A stretch of 64,000 nucleotides of DNA from Octopus vulgaris (lineage: Eukaryota), in NCBI GenBank assembly GCA_951406725.2, contig OX597817.1:153698001-153762000 (forward strand), given 5' to 3'. This document shows positions 52,719-64,000 of the stretch, piece after piece; position 1 is the first letter of the stretch; each line of letters opens with the position of its first letter. The translations under genes and the position numbers were made by a program. A model generated the notes under the pieces. It ran no database searches. It was given only the letters and a program-made list of their open reading frames with translations, and was not told where the DNA came from.

Positions 52719-54810
52719 TATATATATATATGTGTCACAGAACTAAAAATTAGGGGCATCCATCATTGAATCGTTCCCAGTTGTTTTAATTTCTTTAAAA
52801 AATGCTTCATGATACTTTTAAGAGTTACCATCTAACATAAAAATGACATGACCAAGATCCGTTGAAACTGTAGCAAACAAAACGACTTATAACTGTTTCT
52901 CAAATCTGACCCAATTTTCTATGATAAAATATGCTATGTGGTATCACAATTATGAGTGACTACGGTGTCGGGAAGCCTCAAACTTGATGCGTTGTCGTTT
53001 TTCAGTATATGGCCTGAAAAATGTTAAAAGTAAAAGAAAATGTAAACGAAATGAAGGATACTAAGGCTAGCGTATGTACCACTCCTTCACAAACAATAAT
53101 AATAATAATAATAACAACAACAACAACGCAAAAATTACGCTTCCATTCTACAGTGTATGTATGTGTGTGCGTGTGTATTGTAAATGTGAGCACTTGAGAT
53201 TAAGATTGTATTAAAAACATTCCTTAATCTTAGAAAAACAATTAGCAATATTAGAAACATGAGACGATTGAATCTTTGCTCTAAGTCGTTTTTATTCCGA
53301 AAATTTAATTCAAAATTCAAAATTTTATTTAGCTGCATTGAAATAGAAATTTTATTCATTTATTTATATAGGCGCAGGAGTGGCTGTGTGGTAAGTAGCT
53401 TGCTTACCAACCACATGGTTCCGGGTTCAGTCCCACTGCGTGGCATCTTGGGCAAGTGTCTTCTGCTATAGCCTCCGGCCGACCAATGCCTTGTGAGTGG
53501 ATTTGGTAGACGGAAACTGAAAGAAGCCTGTCGTATATATGTATATATATATATATATGTATGTGTATATGTTTGTGTGTCTGTGTTTGTCCCCCCAACA
53601 TCGCTTGACAACTGATGCTGGTGTGTTTACGTCCCCGTAATCTAGCGGTTCGGCAAAAGAGACCGATAGAGTAAGTACTAGGCATCCAAAGAATAAGTCC
53701 CGGGGTCGAGTTGCTCGACTAAAGGCGGTGCTCCACCATGGCCACAGTCAAAAGACTGAAACAAGTAAAAAGAAAAAAAAAGAAAGATATTCATTCATAC
53801 ATGTTTTTTTGTTTTTGTTTTTATTACAAATAAAATTCATATGTTTTAACAGTATTCTTGCATTTTGATATTCATAATTTTTATTATGCATCTTGGTTCC
53901 CGTTCCTTAATGAGCTAATTAAAGTTAGTTATGCCTCAAATCTGCAAATCCAGTTGCGGGCAATTGTCTTGAGAAGGACGACATTTTTCGAAAGGGTTTT
54001 GCCTCTGAAACACCTTCAGTAATTTTTTTTCAAAGGACCAATAAATATTACAAAACATTTTAATTCTATATTCTTTGTTCTTATTGAAGCAGCGAGTTGG
54101 CAGAATCTTTTGCACTCTGAATCTAAGTTCCGTTACAGTCGGCTCTGCCTTTCAGGGATATAAAATAGGTTCCATTGAAGTACAGGAGTCAATGCAAATG
54201 ACTTATTCCTCTCCTACTGAAATTGCTGGCCTTGTACCAAAACTTGAAATCATTCTCTGTTGTTACTTTTGACTAATTACAGAAGCCATATATGCACACA
54301 CATACGTATGTATGTCTGTCTGTATGTATGTGTGTGTATGCATGTGTGTATGCATGTATTGTTATATACATATGTATTTATATATGAGAGAGGGAGAGAG
54401 AGGGAGAGAGAGAGAGGAGTGTTCGGTGCATATGCATGTATATATACACAGATTTATACACTCCCCTATATATATATATTTATGTAGGTGGGAGTATGGG
54501 TGTTTTTATTGTGTATATTTTCATATTTACAAATTATTTTTATCATATATAATAATAAATATAAGAATAACGATCAGTTTATCCTTAAGGCAATGGCGTG
54601 GCAATGAATAAATAAATAACAAAAAATAAAATGAAAGCAAACTTTTATCTTTATATCTGAGATGCAGCAATCGTTAAAGTATACCTGGATTATAAAAATG
54701 AGCAATAGAATCTAAGAATTCTTCTGACAATTCTTTTCCACTCGTCTTTCTACAGTGTTGCAGTCTTCTCCACCTAGTTACTACGTCGACTCGTGTCGCT
54801 TTATTGTAGA

Positions 54811-55197
54811 CTAGCAGTATCGCCCGGCATTGCTCGGGTTTGTAAGGGAAATAACTATATAAGCATTTTTAGAGAGTTATAGCCAAAAAATGCATTAAAA
54901 ATGGAAAAAAAAATTATGGTAATTTTTTTTTAAATCGTTGACTCATCGTAGACATTTTTAGAGAGTTACTTCCCTTTATTTAAAAAATATGCGTTAAAAT
55001 GGGAAAACATTATGGTAAATTATTTTAAAAATCGTACACTCATCGTAGACGCGCGCTAATACCCAGAAGGGCTCGATATGAATCACGACTATAAGATACC
55101 TGATTTTGGTTAAACTGCATCGCAAAATGTGGGAGTAGTTAGGAATCTAAATCGAAGGGGACAGACACTCACACAACTACAGTTTTATATATAAAGA
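54811..55197 (-). mobile_element. Non-autonomous Helitron-like element H1, present only in copy 2
   Basis: The minus strand reads TCtttatatat...gatactgCTAG. The empty site in copy 1 (ttattgtaga|tatagatgg, about 45730) shows insertion between A and T on the minus strand with no TSD. Confidence 0.9.
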
Positions 55198-58091
55198 TAT
55201 AGATGGCTAGATGGTTTGATGTACTAGAAGTTACTTTCTTCATCATGGGTACAGAAAGCTCCTGGTAATAGGATTTGAAACTATTTGGGTTTATTTTACT
55301 TCTTTTGCAATACTTTAGCGATTAAGTTATGACAGAAAAGAACTGATTATACTAATTGTTACGTCGCACATTCAGATGCTTTCTACTCAACTCCACTCCT
55401 ACTCTCGACTCCTCGACGTCTAGACTTCTCCCTCTATATCTACGTATTGGGTCGATGTAATCGACTTAATCCCTTTGTCTGTCCTTGTTTGTCCCCTCTA
55501 TGTTTAGCCCCCTGTGGGCAATAAAGAAATATATATCTACGTATTGGGCTAGTCTACTTCATCGTCTGGGGGCGTCCACACAACACTAATACAGTATCGA
55601 GTGCTAGTCTTCTTGCTTCTAAGCTTGCTTCAACTTCGGATCAACAGTGTCTTTTATTAACATCGCAGAATCAGTTGTTAAACATCGGTAATATACTGAT
55701 GCCAAATCGATTTATCTGATTATAACGATTCCTCAACAAGAGAAATGTCATGAATCACTGTAACATTTCATTAAAACATTTGCAGGCCAAAAGTAATCGA
55801 ATGACTAACCTTTTGTTATCAATGACTTCTCATTTCTATTCATCCTGGAACCATAATACTTAAGCTGAGAGAAAATTTCACCCCGGTGGAAATTTCAGGA
55901 TTCCAGGTAGAAATTTGAATATTCCAGTAGGAAAAATCATTTGGGGTTGGAAAATTCTTCATTTTTTTTACTGATTTTACTAGATTTATTTTCTGTAACG
56001 TTGATTTTAATCAACATCACGGAAAATAAATCCTTCCCACTGCCTTGTATTAATTTTTAAAATGTTAAATTAATATATATATATATCAATTTAACTAATG
56101 TTAAATTAATATATATCAATTCAGCTAATGTTAAATTAATATAAGGCTGTGGAAGGCGGCGAACTGGAAGAATCGTTAGTGCACCGAGCTAACATTCTGA
56201 GTTCGAATTCCGCAGAGGTCGACTTTACCTTTCATCATTCTGGTGTCGATAAAATAAGAACTAGATGATTACTAGGGTCGATGTCATCGACTGACCCTCT
56301 ACTCCGAAATTGCTGACCTTGTGCCGAAATTTGAAACCAATATAAGACTGTGGAATTTATACAATAAATATTGTTATATATAAGACTATCATGCGTAGGT
56401 GGGCGCGAAAAATTGAACTGGATGAAAGAGCGACAGAGGAAAAGTCACATAATGCTGTGGAAGTGGTGATTTGGAGATGTAATCTCATATTTGCTTAAAA
56501 CATACTTGAAAAAAATTTATTGCAAGGAATTAAAACCGGATTGCAGATTAGGTGCATTGAGATCTTGTTCCTCCTGTTTAGCATTTTTATACCAGGATAC
56601 TTACATTGAGCTGTTCACAGCTTCAAGTAGTGTCACATTGTCCTTACAAACAATTATGTTGGTGTTATGTTAATTGGCTTTATTTTCGCCTTAACGTCCA
56701 TCCTATAATCATAAGACACTAAACAGAAGTCTCCAAAAAGTCAATTGACATGCTAAAATTTGCAGCCAAATCTTCCCCATTTTTCACCGTATTGTCTTCA
56801 AATAAAAAAAATAGGAAGTACTCAATGAATAATATAGTCCTTGATACATTGTGTCCGAAGCAAAATAGAATGACCATCGCCAGAATATATTTCATCATTG
56901 GCCAACCTGGTTGATAAACAGCAAGCACTATTCTTAGAATTTCTATAACAGAACAACTTTAGCGATTTTTGGTTTTAATGTTATATAACTTAAGTTTATT
57001 TAAGTTTGCAGAATTCGGTTAGCACTTTAGTGATATTCAATTAATTATTACACAATTTATCTGTCTCTTGCTCGTTATTAATTTCTGTTAATTTTCCGAG
57101 AAAGTAGCACTAGAAAACCATTTCGTGAATGTGATACTTATAATTCTATGACAGGTTGATCACATGACGTTTTGAAATGTACAGTCGCAAAACATTTATA
57201 AGGAATAAGGTTTCTTTTACAGCACCAGTGCTCACACACACATACACGCATGCACATGCAAATACATGGACATTTATATATACACATATATGCATGTGTA
57301 TACACACACACACACACGTACACGCACACACATACAAACGCTCACATCATAGCTAGCCATAACTAGACCAATAATCACATGTTAGAACTTAACATATTTA
57401 AAATGCGCACCATTACTAAGCTCTGGTGGGTTATATGATTGTCCATCCTTAAATATTTTATTGAGCACTTTACCATGTCAACCTGACATGAAACGAAGAA
57501 TCCAGACATTTGAGCTGAAGTGCTTCAAAAGGCTGATAAGCATCTTGTATCTAGAACACAAAATGAGCATCTTTGTCAGGTATCAAGCCAACGCTGCCAG
57601 ACAGGAATCACTCCTTGTGCAGGGAAATAGACGAAGGCTTGCCTTGTACGGTCACGTATCCAGTCACAACTTCCTGTCCAAAACCATTCTTCAGGCACAG
57701 TTGAAGGAGGGCGAAAGAGGGGCCGACAGAGAAAAGTTTTGGTCTGCCAACATCAAGGTCAGGACAGATCACAACACCACGAACTTCCGGTGCATGATGT
57801 TGAGACCGATGGCGACGGCTGACTGCAAAAGTGCCGCAGGGAGCTGCACCAGTTAATGGAACTGAAGATGTGCATATCTATATAGGTGCAGGAGTGGCTG
57901 TGTGCATAGGCGCAGGAATGGCTGTGTGAATTGGCGCAGGAGTAGCTGTGTGTAAGTAGCTTACTTACCAACCACATAGTTCAGGGTTCAATCCCACTGC
58001 GTGACACCTTCGGCAAGTGTCTTCTACTATTGCCTCGGGCCAACCAAAACATTGAGTGGATTTGGTAGACGAAAACTGAAAGAAGCCCGTC

Positions 58092-58170
<79 letters not shown>

Positions 58171-58410
58171 TAAATTTAAATTAAGCAGAAAATGAGGAAA
58201 ACTTTTGATCAACAAACAATTTAACTACCATCAGTTATTATTTTTTAATACAAAACTTTAACATTGCTAGCAGCATTTCTGCTATCTATATCAGAAAGGA
58301 ACACGAGAAAATAAACAGATAGAGAATATACATATACATACTTATATGTGCATAAACACATACACTTAATTATGTATGAGTGTGTATCTACTAACAAACA
58401 TATATATACA

Positions 58411-58483
<73 letters not shown>

Positions 58484-58520
58484 CACACATATACATTCAT
58501 ATATATATATATATATATAC

Positions 58521-58569
<49 letters not shown>

Positions 58570-59138
58570 TAACAACATATATATATGATTTTATATACAT
58601 ACAATGCACACGCATTTACAGAGTTACCCCGAGTACCCCTCTTTTGATCGACATTTCTTTCTATTCCATTGTGGCCTCTAGACATACATCAGGGTCAATC
58701 GGCTCTTCCCATTCCCCTACTAAATAACTGATTTCAATAGCGATTTGTCTTACAAACTCGTGAGATGAATTGTCAAGGATAAGGCATTTGAATTGTATAT
58801 CAAAGAAGTTTTTGAAGAAATATTCATCACAAATTTTTTAAAATTCTTCTATCGCCAGAATTAATATGTAACACAGTGTAACTAAAAAGTCACAAACCAG
58901 TCTTTTTCTCTGTGTGTTTCGCAGTATACAAAATTCTATCTGAATTGATGCAGAGGCATCTTGATTGCTCAACCTGCTAGGGTTTTAATCGGACAAATCA
59001 ACCTCAGCACTGACTTTTGAAGCCTTGATCTGAACTGTTTTGCCGAACTGCTAAGTTACGGAGACTTAAACGAACCAATACCAGTTCTCAAGTGGTGAGA
59101 GGGACAAACACACACACACACACACACATGTACATATA

Positions 59139-59368
59139 TTTCTTTACTACCCACAAGGGGCTAAACATAGAAGGGACAAACAAGGACAGACAAACGGATT
59201 AAGTCGATTACATCGACCCCAGTGCGAAACTGGTACTTTATTTATCGACCCCGAAAGGATGAAAGGCAAAGTCGACCTCGGCGGAATTTGAACTCAGAAC
59301 GTAATGACAGACAAAATACCGCGAAGCATTTCGCCCGGCGTGCTAAGGTTTCTGCCAGCGCGCCGCCC
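59139..59368 (-). mobile_element. Young SINE family 3
   Basis: 10-bp TSD tgtacatata at 59129-59138 and 59369-59378. Confidence 0.9.
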
Positions 59369-59380
59369 TGTACATATACA

Positions 59381-59810
59381 GGCGTGACTTTGTGATAAAG
59401 AGCTTGCTTCCCAACCTCGTGATTTCGGGTTCAGTCCACGGCGTGACACCTTTGGCAAGTGTCTTCTGCTATAACTTCTCAACCGACCAATGTCTTTTCA
59501 GTGGATTTGGTAGACGAAAACTGAAAGACGCCGGTCGTATAAATGTGTGTGTGTGTGTGTGTGTGTGTGTATCTTCGTATCTATGTCTTTGTGTCTGTGT
59601 TTGTCCCCCGCCATAGCTTGACAACAGGTATTGATGTGGTTACGTTCTCTGATTTATCGATTCGGCAAAAGAATGAAATGAAATAGGCACCAGGCTTTAA
59701 TAAAGACTAAGTATTGGGGTGGATTCATTCGGCTAAAAACAAATATTCAAAACAGTACCCCAGCATAGCTGCAACATACTGACTCAAACATGTAAAGGAT
59801 GAAAAAAAAA
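59381..59810 (+). mobile_element. Diverged SINE family 1-related copy
   Basis: gggttcagtcc B box, gtagacgaaaactgaaaga, an internal (TG)n and a decayed tail. Confidence 0.7.
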
Positions 59811-59812
59811 GG

Positions 59813-59881
<69 letters not shown>

Positions 59882-60000
59882 CAAGTCGGGGTTAACCACA
59901 GTAAAGGTACTGTGGATACATAAGAGTAAAGTAATTTATTTTATAGAAGGAGCTTACAGGAAAGAACTGTTTCATCTGAATGAAACAGTTCTAGTCTGAG

Positions 60001-60049
<49 letters not shown>

Positions 60050-60051
<2 letters not shown>

Positions 60052-61540
60052 GGAGAATTAACAAAAAAAAAGACGGAGACAGGTGGTGTAGACAACAAGC
60101 AGATGTATTAGTATAACGCTCAGGAAGTGAAAAAGCCTACGCTCTTCCACAGAAACAAGGAGAGAAAATAAAGAAAGTTTAGTGACTAGAGATCTATCAC
60201 GGAGAATGCCGGACTGAAGGGTCATACAGGAAAGCCAGGAAGAAGGGGAAATAATAAAGTATTGGTGATCCCAAAACGAAAGTGCGCGTGCGTGTATTTG
60301 AGAGTTTGTATGTGCGTGTGGAAAAGGGCTGGTGATCTTGACGTGTGCGTGTGCGTATGTGTAGGTGTGAAAATGTGGGTCTGGGAAGTGGTCAGTGCTG
60401 ATGCGTGCGTGGTGGTGTGTTGTGTGGTTAATGTGTTGTGTGGTGTGTGGTATGGTGTGAAGGTGTTGGGAGGTGGGAAGGCGAGAGTGGGGAAAGCAAT
60501 GGAGGTATGTGGGTTTGGTTGAGGGTGGGGGTAGAGGTGGAGTATGTGAGTAGAGGGGGGATGGGGTAGAGGTGGAGTATGTGCGAGTGGGTGTAAGGGA
60601 TTGGGTGGGGTGGGATGGGGAAGTATAGGGAAGATGGGGTGGGCTTATGAGTGAGGGGTGACGATAAAGGAGGAAGGAGAAGGTATGAAGAGAAGAGAGG
60701 AGAGTAGGAGTGAAGAGCAGAAGTAGGAGTCGGAGCAAGAGAGGAAAGGTTGGTGGGAGGATGTAGGTATGAGGGGGAGAGAGGCGAGGGGAGGAGGTTA
60801 GATGAAGAGGGGAGGAGAGTTGAGCCCATATGGTGGAAAGGAGCGAAGAGAAGATTAATCCTTGTTCACGGCGCAAACGGGAGTCCAGATGGCTTCTGTG
60901 GAAGGACAGTCCGAACACGGACAGGCGTTACAAAGAGTGACCGGCAGAGCGGAAATGGCGCGAGACCGGGGTGTCATTGCCGAGTCAGGTGTCTCGGAGG
61001 TGTTCCGCGAACCGGTCAACCAAGCGGCGTCCGTTTGCCCAACGTATAGAGAAGGGCAGAGAGAGCACGAGATGCAGTAGATGATATTGGTAGAAGTGCA
61101 GGTGAAGGAGTCAGTGATGTGATAGGGTCGATGATGGGTGTTGGTGAGGAGGGTGGTGTTGGAAAGGTAAGGGCAAGTGCGGCAGTGTGGGCGGAAGCAG
61201 GGGAATGATCCGGGTTGGGAGGCTGGGTTAGGGAAGAAGCTGTGGACCAAGAGGTCTCTTAGGTTGTGCGCTCGTTTGAAGGAGGGGAGGGGTCGGTTAG
61301 GGAAGATGTGCGAAGTAAAGAGGTCGGACTGGAGTCGCCGAAAGGCTCGGAGAATGGTACGCTGGAGAGGTAGGGTGGTGGGGTGGTAGGTAAGGGGAAA
61401 TGGGAGGCGGGAGACGGTGGGGCGGGTTCAAGGGGAGAGAACAGATGCTGGCAAGAGCGGTGTGGATAGTGGTGAGGGGATATCCGCGTAGGATGAAGTG
61501 GTGAGCCATGAGTTGAGACTGAGTCTCGACCTTAGGATTT
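60050..61540 (-). mobile_element. Penelope-like retroelement (5' truncated; RT thumb + GIY-YIG + family-A terminal repeat)
   Basis: Minus strand: AHHFILRGYP (RT thumb), PGSFPCFRPHCRTCP..FTCTSTNIIYCISCSLCPSLYVGQT (GIY-YIG with a Cys motif), then after a frameshift RFAEHLRD..VSRHF..GLSFH. The 3' end carries the family-A repeat with a broken hammerhead (CTGTGGA-A-GAGC-gtag-GC at 60152-60135). Confidence 0.9.
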
Positions 61541-61559
61541 ACTGTTTCTAAGTCTAGTA

Positions 61560-61735
61560 CTTACAAACAATAAGTTACGGGGATGTAAACATAGCAACAT
61601 CGGTTGTCAAGCGATGGTGGCGTGACAAACACAGACACAAACGTATAAATGTGTATGCGTGTGTTCCACACAGTGGGACTGAACCCGGAACTATGTGTTG
61701 GTTAGCTAGCTACTTACCACACAGCCACTCCTGCG
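61560..61735 (-). mobile_element. Diverged or internally deleted SINE family 1
   Basis: cacagtgggactgaacccggaac...cagccactcctgcg head. Confidence 0.75.
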
Positions 61736-61753
61736 TATATATATACATATACT

Positions 61754-61794
<41 letters not shown>

Positions 61795-61798
61795 GTAC

Positions 61799-61868
<70 letters not shown>

Positions 61869-61949
61869 GTATATAGTAAATAAAAAAAACGAACACAAGA
61901 AAAAATAACAACGCGAGGACGTGGTACATGAAATATATGTATGTGTGTG

Positions 61950-61988
<39 letters not shown>

Positions 61989-62073
61989 CAATAATTAAGG
62001 GTAAAATCAATTAGTTATTAATTAATTTCACCAAGTAGTGTTCAGTATGTAAAAGGACCATTCAAGGCGTATT

Positions 62074-62163
62074 CAAAATATTACTTTATATAATTAAGGG
62101 CTCAGTAAAATTTTACTGAGCCCTCATTTTACTGAGCCCTTAATTATATAAAGTAATATTTTG
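62074..62163. repeat. Perfect 38-bp inverted repeat (fold-back) next to (TA)n
   Basis: 62074-62111 is the reverse complement of 62126-62163. The spacer is a partial extra copy of the arm. Confidence 0.9.
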
Positions 62164-62232
<69 letters not shown>

Positions 62233-62442
62233 CGAGATTCCACGCAGTTTCTGTCTACTAAATCTACTAAATTCTTTCACAAGGCATTGGCTGGGCTCAC
62301 TGCGGGATTGAGCCCGAAATTACAGTGCTGCAAATCGATCATTTTAACCTCGTAGCCATGCCTCTCAAAACAATTGTTCAGCTAGCAATGATTCAGATTT
62401 CTCCTACTATTAAAGCATTGTGAGAACCACTGTGTTTGAACA

Positions 62443-62995
62443 CAGTGGTTCTCAACCGGGGTCCTTATGGCACCTGAGGGTTCATCTTTATATATATAAA
62501 ACTGTAGTTGTGTGAGTGTCTGTCCCCTTCGATTTAGATTCCTAACTACTCCCACATTTTGCGGTGCAGTTTAACCAAAACCGGGTATCTTATAGTCGTG
62601 ATTCATATCGAGCCCTTCTGGGTATTAGCGCGCGTCTACGATGAGTCTACGATTTTAAAAATAATTTACCATAATTTTTTTCCATTTTGATGCATATTTT
62701 TTTTAATATGTCTAAAAATGTCTACGATGAGTCAACGATTTTTTAAAAATTTACCATAATTTTTTTCCATTTTTAATGCATTTTTTGCTATTTTTTGGCT
62801 ATAACTCTCTAAAAATGCTTTATAGTTATTTCCCTTACAAACCCGAGCAACGCAGGGCGATACTGCTAGTATAAGATAAGAATGTTGAAAGCAGTATCTA
62901 TATAACTAGTTTTAAACATCGAATGGCCATGGGGGTCCACCGGAATTAAATAGTAATCAAAGGGGTCCATAGATAAAAACGGTTGAGAACCCTTG
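62443..62995. mobile_element. hAT (Charlie-type) MITE containing a nested Helitron-like element
   Basis: TIRs cagtggttctcaacc / ggttgagaacccttg; imperfect 8-9 bp TSD gtttgaaca / gtttaaca. Confidence 0.7.
62485..62869 (+). mobile_element. Non-autonomous Helitron-like element H1
   Basis: TC...CTAG termini, between A (62484) and T (62870). Confidence 0.85.
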
Positions 62996-63059
62996 GTTTA
63001 ACAGATATGAATACTTGGGATAAGACTTAAAGGATACTGGTTTTCTGTTTTATCTCTTA

Positions 63060-63450
63060 CTAGCAGTATCGCACAGCCTTGCTCGGGTTTGTTTCGACCC
63101 TTTAGAATTAGAATTTTTGAAAAGTAAAAATTTCACATTATGTAGCTTGTTATTCTCTTTAAATGAACATTTTTTCTGGTTGAAATACACCGAAAAATGG
63201 CGACACAGCAGACAAAAAGTCGTAAAAAATGGAGATTTTCATAGAAAAACAGCACCTGTTTGATGTAAATAATTTTTGGTGTTATCATGGTCCGATTTGA
63301 TTTTTTTTTTCTTCTACGGAACGAAGAGCAAGCCTTCTATCATACTCTCAATTTTGGTCAACTTGCGCCGCAGGATCTCGGAGGAGATAGTGTTAGTTGA
63401 AGGCTACCAAACCTGCCATGCACAGACAACTTCAGCTTTATATATATAGA
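63060..63450 (-). mobile_element. Non-autonomous Helitron-like element, second subfamily (H2)
   Basis: The minus strand starts TCtatatatataaag and ends cccgagcaaggctgtgcgatactgCTAG like H1, but the interior is unrelated. Confidence 0.75.
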
Positions 63451-63459
63451 GAGAGATTT

Positions 63460-63785
63460 GTTCTAATCGTTAGACTGCGGCTATGCTAGGGCACCACCTA
63501 GAAGGGTTAGTCGAACAAATCGACATCAGTATTTTCCTTTTCTTTTCTAAGTCAGGTATTTATTCTATCGGTCTGCTTTTGCTGATCCGCCAAGTTACGG
63601 TTGTCAACTTGTGCTGGGACACACGCAAACACACACATGTACATAAGTTGCTTTTTGCTCCCCGTCAACTAAATCAACTCGCAAGGAAACACTAGTGCAA
63701 GGTGGGTGCCATGCAGTGGCACTGAACCCGGAACCATATGGTTTGGGAGCTAATTTCTTCCCACACAGTCTCACCTGCGTATGTG
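63460..63785 (-). mobile_element. Diverged SINE family 1-related copy
   Basis: gcagtggcactgaacccggaacc and gtcgaacaaatcgac motifs. Confidence 0.65.
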
Positions 63786-63799
63786 TGCGTATGTGCTGT

Positions 63800-63800
<1 letters not shown>

Positions 63801-63892
<92 letters not shown>

Positions 63893-63895
63893 TGT
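63801..63895. repeat. (TG)n microsatellite
   Basis: Directly visible. Confidence 0.95.
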
Positions 63896-64000
63896 ACATC
63901 CGAGTTCGTATCGTAGTTTGATTAAGAAGTTTTATTTACGTTGTTCCGAATTTGTGCGGCACCCAGAGAATTTTGTACCTGAGGCAAAAGTTCTGCTTAG

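Larger units (their letters stand above)
51138..59040. repeat. Copy 2 of the duplication (probable alternate haplotype)
   Basis: It starts at the first base after the gap and matches 41757 onward, with scattered substitutions and several indels. Confidence 0.95.

Overview
Eukaryotic, AT-rich, repeat-saturated intergenic or intronic DNA. The mix of tRNA-derived SINEs, RTE, CR1, R4/Dong and Penelope relics and very dense TA/CA/AAT/ATC/ATCT microsatellites suggests an octopus (coleoid cephalopod) genome; this is inferred from recalled repeat types and no search was run. I find no confident host protein-coding gene. Almost all entries in the ORF track are translations of microsatellites or SINEs, and the only real protein homologies are retroelement or transposase fragments. 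There are three main observations. (1) Several unrelated Penelope-like terminal-repeat families each carry a type-I hammerhead ribozyme motif with a palindromic, probably dimer-dependent stem III, and most sit in (TA)n tracts. They include a young 0.9-kb inverted-repeat element with two apparently intact hammerheads (49298-50189), a hammerhead with a long stem II (22407-22522), and a Penelope 3' repeat that places a tRNA-like Pol III head upstream of a hammerhead (31178-31362). (2) The two contigs either side of a 100-N gap (51038-51137) overlap by 8-9 kb (41757-51037 vs 51138-59040). This is most likely an unpurged second haplotype, and it exposes empty and filled sites for Helitron, RTE and Penelope-derived insertions. 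(3) There are modular SINE families, non-autonomous Helitron-like elements, MITE/fold-back elements and microsatellite-associated R4/Dong-like LINE ends. Element boundaries were read by eye and may be off by a few bases; family names come from motif recognition, not database hits.
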